This document shows positions 23,182-30,289 of a stretch of DNA of 42,079 bases, in pieces. Within the stretch, counting starts at the first letter, position 1. Every line of letters starts with the position of its first letter. The translations under genes and the position numbers were made by a program. Source of the DNA: Candidatus Taylorbacteria bacterium RIFCSPLOWO2_02_FULL_44_35 (lineage in GTDB: Bacteria; Patescibacteriota; Minisyncoccia; Phycocordibacterales; DSPV01); the NCBI GenBank assembly GCA_001822695.1, contig MHSF01000023.1, positions 1,257 to 43,335 of the forward strand. Direction: 5' to 3'. The notes under the pieces are model-generated. The model had not been told where the DNA came from. It was given only the letters and a program-made list of their open reading frames with translations, and did no database searches.

Positions 23182-24425
23182 TTTCGCAAGACCTCATTAA
23201 TTTTCTTGGCAATCTCCGTAAAATCTTTTTCTTGCTTACCGCGAGTGGTTTCCGCCGGCGTGCCGAGGCGGATGCCGGAAGGGTCAACCGGTGAGCGGGT
23301 GTCAAAAGGAATGGTGTTTTTGTTGACGATGATACCCGCTTTCTCAAGCCGTTCGCTCGCTTCTTTGCCACCGATTCCTTTGCCGTTCATCCACACATCA
23401 ACCAAAAGTAAGTGAGTGTCGGTGCCGCCGGAAACAATGCGCCAGCCAAGCCGCGCGAGCTCTCCCGCGAGCGCGGCGGCGTTTTTCACAACCTGCTTGG
23501 TGTATTTTTTAAACTCCGGTCTGGCGGCTTCTGCCAAAGCCACGGCAACCGCGGCAATTTGATTTAAGTGCGGTCCGCCCTGAAGGCCGGGGAACACGGC
23601 TTTGTCTATCTTTTTCGGCAATTCCCTTGCGCCTGCCCGACCAATCATGTTGGGCGGGTCTCTGCGTGAAAATATCATTGCCGCACGCGGACCCCGTAAG
23701 GTTTTATGTGTAGTAGTCGTCACCACATCCGCATATTCAAATGGACTCGGATAAACTCCTCCCGCGACCAATCCCGCGAAATGCGACATATCTACCATCA
23801 GATACGCACCGCAAAAGTCAGCAATCTCTCTAAACTTTTTAAAATCAATAATCCGCGGATAAGCAGTGTAGCCGGCAACAATAATCGCCGGTTTTTCTCG
23901 CGTCGCAATCTCTTTTATCTTTTCGTAATCCAAGACCTCCGTTTTTTCATCCACACCATAAGGAACTTGTGTCCAAAACTTCCCCGTCGCCGACACTTTG
24001 TGTCCATGCGTAAGATGCCCGCCATGAGCAAGTGTCATTCCCATAACTCTGGCTGGCTGGAAACTGGAATCTGGATTTCTGGAAGGAGGGCATAAGGCAA
24101 GATAAACGGCAAGATTAGCCGGCGAACCGGAAAGCGGTTGGACATTCACCGCCCATTCATCGGGCGAGAGTTTAAAAAGTTCAAGCGCCCGCTCCTGCGC
24201 CAATCGTTCCACTTTATCCATAACCTCATTGCCGCCATAATACCGCGCGCCCGGATACCCTTCGGCGTATTTATTAGTGAGCTCGCTTCCAAGCGCCTCC
24301 AAAACATCCTTGGAAACATAATTCTCCGAGGCGATTAAATTTATCACTCTCTTCTGCCGCTTCCTCTCGGCCTCAATTAGTTTTTTTATTTGGGTGTCTT
24401 TCATTGAAAAGTTTATAACCGACAA
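23178..24425 (-). CDS. glyA: serine hydroxymethyltransferase
   Basis: [36 protein letters not shown] (PLP lysine). Confidence 0.96.
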   Translation of the reverse strand: MSVINFSMKDTQIKKLIEAERKRQKRVINLIASENYVSKDVLEALGSELTNKYAEGYPGARYYGGNEVMDKVERLAQERALELFKLSPDEWAVNVQPLSGSPANLAVYLALCPPSRNPDSSFQPARVMGMTLAHGGHLTHGHKVSATGKFWTQVPYGVDEKTEVLDYEKIKEIATREKPAIIVAGYTAYPRIIDFKKFREIADFCGAYLMVDMSHFAGLVAGGVYPSPFEYADVVTTTTHKTLRGPRAAMIFSRRDPPNMIGRAGARELPKKIDKAVFPGLQGGPHLNQIAAVAVALAEAARPEFKKYTKQVVKNAAALAGELARLGWRIVSGGTDTHLLLVDVWMNGKGIGGKEASERLEKAGIIVNKNTIPFDTRSPVDPSGIRLGTPAETTRGKQEKDFTEIAKKINEVLRK

Positions 24426-24448
24426 CTTCTAGCTTATAGCTTTTCGCG

Positions 24449-24483
24449 CAAAAAGAAAAGCCGCCCTATGTTGGAGGGCGGCT
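24449..24483 (-). terminator. intrinsic terminator
   Basis: AGCCGCCCT/AGGGCGGCT 9-bp stem followed by TTTTCTTTTT on the minus strand. Confidence 0.7.
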
Positions 24484-24502
24484 CATTTAATGAAATTGCT
24501 AG

Positions 24503-24946
24503 TTACAAAACAAAATTGATGGAATAGACCCGAATGCCACGCTCTTCTTGCTCTTGAGCAAAGAGCTTAAGGAAAAGGGTTATTCGTTTGCGAGAGCAGT
24601 TAATGGTGTGCGCCAAGGGAGAACCCACTAAACTGCTACAAACTTTTGGAACAGCAACCCATTTTTGCCTAGGCCGGTTCTTTTTTCTTCTTGCCGAAAC
24701 AAATCCATCCCCACAGGCCCATACAAAATCCCCTCTTGGCAAAATCGTTGTAAAATCGTCTTTGTATTTCGGAAAGAGTTCTGCGTCCAGGGACAGATTT
24801 TCTAGTACCCCAAAGTGATATGACCAAACCAAACCAGGACATGACTTTCGCAGTAGCGACAATGCTTTCGCAAACCCAAATACATAATTCACTTCTAAGA
24901 ACAACTGGATTTGAGCAAAAATCTCCCTGAGCGTTCTTAATCCCAA
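24503..24946 (-). CDS. hypothetical protein (TTG start; possibly the 3' part of a frameshifted gene)
   Basis: 147-aa ORF with no recognisable motif. A 40-codon ATG ORF (24937-25059) overlaps its start in another frame. Confidence 0.35.
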   Translation of the reverse strand: MGLRTLREIFAQIQLFLEVNYVFGFAKALSLLRKSCPGLVWSYHFGVLENLSLDAELFPKYKDDFTTILPRGDFVWACGDGFVSARRKKNRPRQKWVAVPKVCSSLVGSPLAHTINCSRKRITLFLKLFAQEQEERGIRVYSINFVL

Positions 24947-25201
24947 TCCTCCAATATCAGTGGGATTATCCTCTCCCCGCAGGAATCGGTCAAAACGTAG
25001 CGGATAATTCCAAAAGCTCTTAAACCTACGGTTTTTGATTGTTTTGTTATTTTTTTCATACAGTCTTTTTGAGGTTTCGCAAACTTTTTCACCACTCTAC
25101 GGCAGGTGACGCCTTTTTTCTATCCACAACATTATCACAATCACACATCTCTTGTCAACCCCATCAACCCCATTAGAAAACAATTCTCTAACAGGGTCAA
25201 T

Positions 25202-25239
25202 ATACACGCAAAAACAGCGATAGCATAAGATGTGTGTAT
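25202..25239. repeat. ATACAC-N26-GTGTAT palindromic element, copy E0
   Basis: atacacgcaaaaacagcgatagc...gtgtat. Overlaps the start of the PaaX-like gene. Confidence 0.7.
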
Positions 25240-25810
25240 GGGGATTTTGGAAGGAAAAGTCGCGAGAACTGCAAAACGCGACAAAATCCAAAAAGCAATT
25301 CTGCAAAGCATTGCCGTAGCTGGTCTGCTTAGTGTTGCTCTGCTCGCACCCAATGCTTTGCAAGCGCTCAAGCTCTTGGGCTGGAAACCGCATCGCCGTC
25401 AGCGCGAAGTTATTGCCCGTTCCCGCAATCGATTAATTGAATGTGGTCTACTCGTCCGCGATGAAAAAGGTTTTCTAAAATTGACCTCCAAAGGAGAAAC
25501 AAAACTTCGTGAATTAGAAAAGCGCGAATACCGACTTCCTCGCCCCAAACGCTGGGACAAAAAGTGGCGCGTGCTCATTTTTGATATTCCAGAAAAAAGA
25601 AAATATCTGCGGGAAAAAATCCGTAATACCCTGCGAGCCATCGGCTTTAACCAGCTCCAAAAAAGCGTCTGGGTTTATCCCTACGATTGTGAAGATTTGA
25701 TCGCTTTGCTCAAGGCGGATTTCAAAGTCGGCAAGGACCTGCTTTATCTTGTTGTTGATGAAATTGAAAACGACAAAAAATTACTCGAGTTATTCAAATT
25801 ATCCGAATGA
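25232..25810 (+). CDS. PaaX-like regulator (N-terminal wHTH-like region, C-terminal Cas2-fold-like domain)
   Basis: WDKKWRVLIFDIPEKRKYLREKIRNTLRAIGFNQLQKSVWVYP matches the PaaX C-terminal / Cas2-like pattern as recalled. The start may be the ATG at 25238. Confidence 0.55.
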   Translation: MCMGILEGKVARTAKRDKIQKAILQSIAVAGLLSVALLAPNALQALKLLGWKPHRRQREVIARSRNRLIECGLLVRDEKGFLKLTSKGETKLRELEKREYRLPRPKRWDKKWRVLIFDIPEKRKYLREKIRNTLRAIGFNQLQKSVWVYPYDCEDLIALLKADFKVGKDLLYLVVDEIENDKKLLELFKLSE

Positions 25811-25815
25811 ACTAC

Positions 25816-25855
25816 CATACACACGAAAACAACGACCGCTGTTTATTGGTGTATG
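25816..25855. repeat. ATACAC-N25-GTGTAT palindromic element, copy E1
   Basis: ccatacacacgaaaacaacgaccgctgtttattggtgtatg. Confidence 0.8.
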
Positions 25856-25947
25856 TAAAAAAATTTAAATTTGAAGCAAATACATCAACAAACACAACTA
25901 TATGCGAGATTGTGTTTTGATAAACAAAGTGTATGATTTCTTTAGTT

Positions 25948-26787
25948 ATGAAAATATACAATGATGTTCTTAAAAAAATAATGGAGGGAGGAGCAGACCG
26001 CAAGGGCCGCAACGGCTGGACGCGCGGTTTGTTCGCCATTCAAATGCGTTTCAATCTGGAAAAGGGATTCCCGGCTGTCACTACTAAGCAATTAGCTTTC
26101 AGTTTGGTAAAAAGCGAATTGCTTTGGTTTTTGGAGGGCGGCAAAAACGGCCGTTTAAACGATAATCGCTTAAAGGAAATCGCCGGCAAGGAAAAAACAA
26201 TTTGGACCGATAACGCTGAAGCGCCGTATTGGAAACCCAAAGCAAAATTTTCCGGCGACCTCGGCCGCATCTATGGCGTTCAATGGCGAAATTGGAAAAA
26301 ACCAAAAGGCGGCGCCGTTGATCAAATCGCCGACTTAATCAAAAAGCTCCGCGCCGACCCCTACAACCGCCGCTTGGTAGTAACCGCTTGGAATCCGGGC
26401 GAATTAGATGAAATGGCATTACCGCCCTGTCATATGATTTTTCAATTTTTCGCCGCCAAGGGCAAATTATCGCTTCATATGCTCCAACGCAGTTGTGATA
26501 TGTTTCTGGGTGTGCCGTTCAATATCGCTTCTTATGCCCTTTTGCTTTCAATGGTGGCGCAAGTAGTTGATATGAAACCTTACGAATGCGTGCTAACCTT
26601 GAATGATGCCCATATTTATCGCGCCCATTTCAAGGCAGTAAAGGAACAGCTCAAACGCAAACCATTGCGCTTGCCGAAACTTTGGCTCAATCCGAAAATC
26701 AAAGAGTTGGCTCAGTTCACGATGGAGGATATCAAGCTGGAAAATTATCAGCATCATCCGCCCATCAAGGCGAAAATGATTGTGTGA
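25948..26787 (+). CDS. thyA: thymidylate synthase (ThyA type)
   Basis: PPCHMIFQFF, LQRSCDMFLGVPFNIASYALL. The start MKIYNDVLKKI at 25948 was chosen. Confidence 0.93.
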   Translation: MKIYNDVLKKIMEGGADRKGRNGWTRGLFAIQMRFNLEKGFPAVTTKQLAFSLVKSELLWFLEGGKNGRLNDNRLKEIAGKEKTIWTDNAEAPYWKPKAKFSGDLGRIYGVQWRNWKKPKGGAVDQIADLIKKLRADPYNRRLVVTAWNPGELDEMALPPCHMIFQFFAAKGKLSLHMLQRSCDMFLGVPFNIASYALLLSMVAQVVDMKPYECVLTLNDAHIYRAHFKAVKEQLKRKPLRLPKLWLNPKIKELAQFTMEDIKLENYQHHPPIKAKMIV

Positions 26788-26793
26788 AAACCA

Positions 26794-26830
26794 AAGCTCG
26801 ACGGGCAAACCCGCTAGAGCTTTTTATTTT
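26794..26830 (+). terminator. terminator-like compound hairpin plus T-run between thyA and folA
   Basis: AAGCTC..CGGG caaa CCCG..GAGCTT followed by TTTATTTT, which abuts the folA ATG. Confidence 0.45.
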
Positions 26831-27337
26831 ATGAACAAACCGGCAATCAATATCATCGCCGCTGTCGGCAAAAATAATGTCATCGGCCTGAAAAATTCTT
26901 TGCCTTGGAATTTACCAGCAGATTTGAAATACTTCGCCCAAACCACCAAAGGCAAAACGGTTTTAATGGGTGAAAACACTTTTATCTCCATCTTAGAAAA
27001 AATCGGCAAGCCCTTGCCCGGCCGAAAAAATATTGTTTTGACAGACAAAAAGAATAAAAAATTTTCCGGCGTGGAAACGGTAAATAGCATAGGGGAAGCG
27101 ATGAAAATAATTGGTGATGAAGAAATTTTTGTCATCGGTGGTGCCAGTGTCTACCGACAAATGCTACCGCTAGCGGAAAAATTATATATTACCGAGGTAA
27201 ATTACAATGGACCCGGCGACGCTTTTTTCCCAACTATTGTCCAAAATAAATGGACTTTGGAAAAAGAAGAACCTCACATGAAAAACGATAAAAACAATTA
27301 TAATTACAATTTCAAAATTTACTGCCGCTTTATCTAA
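26831..27337 (+). CDS. folA: dihydrofolate reductase
   Basis: NIIAAVGKNNVIGLKNSLPWNLPADLKYF...VLMGENTF...IFVIGGASVY. Confidence 0.9.
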   Translation: MNKPAINIIAAVGKNNVIGLKNSLPWNLPADLKYFAQTTKGKTVLMGENTFISILEKIGKPLPGRKNIVLTDKKNKKFSGVETVNSIGEAMKIIGDEEIFVIGGASVYRQMLPLAEKLYITEVNYNGPGDAFFPTIVQNKWTLEKEEPHMKNDKNNYNYNFKIYCRFI

Positions 27338-27345
27338 ATAAACCC

Positions 27346-27386
27346 CCATACACCTGAAAACAGCGATCGCTGTTGGTTAGTGTATC
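27346..27386. repeat. ATACAC-N26-GTGTAT palindromic element, copy E2
   Basis: ccatacacctgaaaacagcgatcgctgttggttagtgtatc. The core aacagcgatcgctgtt is a perfect 16-nt palindrome. Confidence 0.8.
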
Positions 27387-27402
27387 TCGATATTTTAGAA
27401 TA

Positions 27403-27951
27403 TTAGAACTGGGCAATCAATTTATCAATTTGTTTGTGCAAATCGGTCAACGGGCCGTTGTTGTTTAATTTGTATTTGGCTTTTTTCATTAGCACTGGAA
27501 CAGCCAACTCGGTTTCGTATTGATGGTCTTTGAGAAATTGGTTGTAAGTTTTCTTAGCGTCGCCGGCATTTTCACCCCGCTTAACTAATCGTTCAAAACG
27601 AATTTCTGGGTTGGCATTAACCGCCACCAAGACGAAACCTTGGACCTTTTTCAAAAATCTTATGTCTGCCATTCGTCGGACGCCATCCACCACTACGATA
27701 TTACTTTTTAATTTAATAGTATCAGCGGCAATGGCTTTGGCCAAAATATCTTCACCAAATCTTTGCCGCAAAATCGTGGAAAGCCCTTGCATATTTTCGC
27801 GACTATTGGGTAAATTAATCCGTTCTAAAACATCACGCAAAATTGAGGAAAAGCGGCAACCGAGCGCGCTGTATTTTTTCTCCAAATATTTTTTGACCGT
27901 GTCTTTGCCGCTGGCAATCGGCCCCACCAGCCCTAAAATTGTTTTTGCCAT
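27403..27951 (-). CDS. P-loop nucleotide kinase (dephospho-CoA kinase-like / dNMP kinase-like)
   Basis: GLVGPIASGKDT Walker A, 182 aa. Context is nucleotide metabolism. The specific substrate is not assignable. Confidence 0.55.
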   Translation of the reverse strand: MAKTILGLVGPIASGKDTVKKYLEKKYSALGCRFSSILRDVLERINLPNSRENMQGLSTILRQRFGEDILAKAIAADTIKLKSNIVVVDGVRRMADIRFLKKVQGFVLVAVNANPEIRFERLVKRGENAGDAKKTYNQFLKDHQYETELAVPVLMKKAKYKLNNNGPLTDLHKQIDKLIAQF

Positions 27952-27952
27952 A

Positions 27953-28444
27953 TTACATATCCGAATAGGTCTGCATTTTGTTGTTAAGTTGTTTAAATTT
28001 TACGCCAGCTTCCTTGAAAATTTCCTTGCTTCTTTTGCCAGCATGATAATCATTTTCGGCCACCACTCGTTTAATGCCAGCGTTGATAATTATTTTGGCG
28101 CAAGTATAACAAGGACACATCTGGCAATACAAAACTGCTTCGGCGGTGCTGACACCAGATCGGGCCGCTTGGGCAATGGCATTTTGTTCGGCATGAGTAG
28201 TCCGAATACAATGGCGAGATTGCGTTCCGTCATCATTAATAACTGTATGCATTTCGTGCCCAACCTTATCGCAATGGCCACAACCAGCGGGAGCGCCAAC
28301 ATAGCCGGTAGAAATAATTCTTTTATCTTTAACGATAACGCAACCGGTCCGGCCTCGAGCGCAAGTTGCTCGAGCGCCAACCGAACGCATAATGCCGATA
28401 AAATATTTATCCCATGACAACCGTTTTTGCTGTGGTTTTTTCAC
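27953..28444 (-). CDS. dCMP deaminase (ComEB family)
   Basis: HAEQNAI ... CQMCPCYTCAKIIINAGI zinc motifs and an N-terminal SWDKYFIGI. The GTG at 28444 is preferred because the longer start (28507) lies in the loop of terminator hairpin 28490-28521. Confidence 0.85.
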   Translation of the reverse strand: MKKPQQKRLSWDKYFIGIMRSVGARATCARGRTGCVIVKDKRIISTGYVGAPAGCGHCDKVGHEMHTVINDDGTQSRHCIRTTHAEQNAIAQAARSGVSTAEAVLYCQMCPCYTCAKIIINAGIKRVVAENDYHAGKRSKEIFKEAGVKFKQLNNKMQTYSDM

Positions 28445-28451
28445 AAACGAA

Positions 28452-28480
28452 AGTATAAGCGTAAAAATAATTTTTGTAAA
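28452..28480 (-). promoter_or_regulatory. candidate promoter TTTACA-17 nt-TATACT, 7 nt before the GTG
   Basis: Hexamers read directly. Implies a near-leaderless mRNA. Confidence 0.35.
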
Positions 28481-28521
28481 TAAAGAAAAGACCCCGTTCC
28501 GATACACATCGGAACGGGGTC
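28478..28521 (-). terminator. strong intrinsic terminator
   Basis: GACCCCGTTCCGAT gtgt ATCGGAACGGGGTC, a perfect 14-bp stem, followed by TTTTCTTTATTT on the minus strand. Confidence 0.8.
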
Positions 28522-28546
28522 AAGAAGTGTCCAGGAGACCAAAGGG

Positions 28547-29189
28547 TCAAAGGATCCCAAGAAAGTTGCGGAGGAAAAACCGGTCAACAACACCCCACCC
28601 GCCGGCGCCAAACGAGGCCAGGCCGACAGGCCACCTCCTACCAACCCGGCGCACATCGACAACCGAGACGCTTCCGTTTTTGTTTTCCACAAAGAAGGAG
28701 TTGTTCCAACCATCGGTCCGAAGACCAACATCCTCTCCGCTTTCTTGGCGCTCAATGAGCGCCTCAATGGCAGGAAGTGAGGTGTAGCTGCGTTCCTTTG
28801 GGAGTTTTGGAAAAGGTAAGGATACTCTCGGCCACTTGCTTGAAGGTCGCGATCCCCGTCAGCTCGTAGATCTCGAACTGACTCGCATCCTGGGCGGACT
28901 GGTTTGTGGGCAGAAACTTGTCCAAGTCAGCGTCGCGGTAGTAATACCGCGTTTGGTTCGTGAAGCAGTCGGCGGTGGGTTTGGCTTCCGTCGCCGGAAC
29001 CGCCACCACTTTGCCGATAGAACGGAGGACGGATTTGATTTTCTGGCCGAAGTGTTTGACCAGATCGGACCAGAAGGGATGTTCAGATGATCGAAGCGCT
29101 CCTTTCAGGGCTTCCGCGTCATCATTCCGAGGAAACCGACGGGCAATCTGCGCCACAAGTTCGGCAAACATTTCGGGGGTAGTATTCAT
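28547..29189 (-). pseudogene. third DGR-target-like paralogue, split by a +1 frameshift
   Basis: N-terminal frame 28764-29189 shares SSEHPFWSDLVKHFGQK with target 2. A second open frame (28547-28858) encodes ..DGWNNSFFVENKNGSVSVVDVRRVGRRWPVGLASFGAGGWGVVDRFF... Combined length of ~213 aa matches the 208-aa targets. Confidence 0.6.
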
Positions 29190-29337
29190 TTTTTGTTAGC
29201 CGCAACAAAACGCGTATACCGTGTGCCTCGATGTGAGACCTTATCGGCTGACATTTAGTTGCGGAACACGAACTATTTCATTAAGAAACAGGCCATATTC
29301 CGCAACCAATAACTCAATTTCAAGGTTCAAAATTACT
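29190..29337 (-). promoter_or_regulatory. structured 5' leader homologous to the target-2 leader
   Basis: GTTGCGGAA/TTCCGCAAC hairpin (29258-29306), a TCAGCCGATAAG box, and a TTGCGG segment at 29200-29205. Confidence 0.45.
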
Positions 29338-29343
29338 GCCAAT

Positions 29344-29372
29344 ATGCTAGCAAATATTTGGTAGGTTGTCAA
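29344..29372 (-). promoter_or_regulatory. promoter TTGACA-17 nt-TAGCAT
   Basis: Consensus -35 hexamer. Same position relative to the leader as in the two DGR target genes. Confidence 0.55.
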
Positions 29373-29431
29373 TAGGGTAAAATGTGGCTCTGTTAAACGA
29401 TATTGTGGAAGCAAATACCCAAGTTAAAAGT

Positions 29432-30160
29432 TTAATACTTCGGTACGCCGAGATTTTCCGTTTCCATTTCAATATCGCCGAAATTTTTATCTTGAGTTAC
29501 GGCAATCGCGCCTCGCTTGACTAATTCCAACATCGCCAAAAAACCGATGATGATATTAACTTTTTCTTCGCTACCGACTTTGGTAAATTCGCGAAAACTC
29601 ATTTTCAGACAAGTGTTTACCCGTTTGGTCAAATTTTCAATCATCTCTTCCAAACTAATCATCTTTTCCACTACCGCCCGCGCCAATACTTCCGGCTTGG
29701 GCAAATTTTTCAAAATTTCTCTGATGAGTTTGACGGCAAAAACAACTGTTAGGCGACTATCCGGCGAAAAAATCGGTGCTCGTTCCAGCGGCTTCGGTAA
29801 AAAAATCCGATGTTTGCCGAACAAAACATCAACCTTACGACTCAACTCGCGCGTTCGCTGGTAAATTTTAAGCCGTTGTTCCAATTCAGCCACATTACTT
29901 TCTTCTTCATCGGTTAAATCAAGCGTCGGTAAAAGTGATTTTGATTTAATCAAGACCAAAGTGGAAGCGACTAAAATAAAATTGGCGCTTTCCGCTATTG
30001 GAAATTTTTCCAAGCCTTTGACATAAGCGATAAAATCGTCCGCCACTTCGGCCAGCGAGATTTCGTTGATTAAAAGTTTTCGCTTTTCAATCAAATTAAG
30101 CAAAAGTTCTAACGAACCTTCGAATGCCAGTGTTTTTACTTTATACATTTCCGTCTCCAT
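29432..30160 (-). CDS. scpA: segregation and condensation protein A
   Basis: FEGSLELLLNLIEKRKLLINEISLAEVADDF, about 240 aa. Confidence 0.85.
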   Translation of the reverse strand: METEMYKVKTLAFEGSLELLLNLIEKRKLLINEISLAEVADDFIAYVKGLEKFPIAESANFILVASTLVLIKSKSLLPTLDLTDEEESNVAELEQRLKIYQRTRELSRKVDVLFGKHRIFLPKPLERAPIFSPDSRLTVVFAVKLIREILKNLPKPEVLARAVVEKMISLEEMIENLTKRVNTCLKMSFREFTKVGSEEKVNIIIGFLAMLELVKRGAIAVTQDKNFGDIEMETENLGVPKY

Positions 30161-30289
30161 AGATAAATTCTATCCTTTTACCCAACAAAACACCTGTGGA
30201 TAAATCGTAAAAAACTAAATAATAAAAGGTATAATATCATAGTCAAATTCTCGCTTAAAATAGCGGCTTGTTTTTTTAGTTTTGCCTTA

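Noticed and set aside
27611-28417. 268-aa plus-strand ORF
   Set aside because: It is antisense to the well-supported kinase and dCMP deaminase genes, and its translation has no recognisable motifs.
28441-28767. 108-aa minus-strand ORF (MRRSLSAKKAERML...)
   Set aside because: It is the wrong frame of the target-like paralogue's C-terminal region. The alternative frame gives a VR-like peptide ending just before the terminator.
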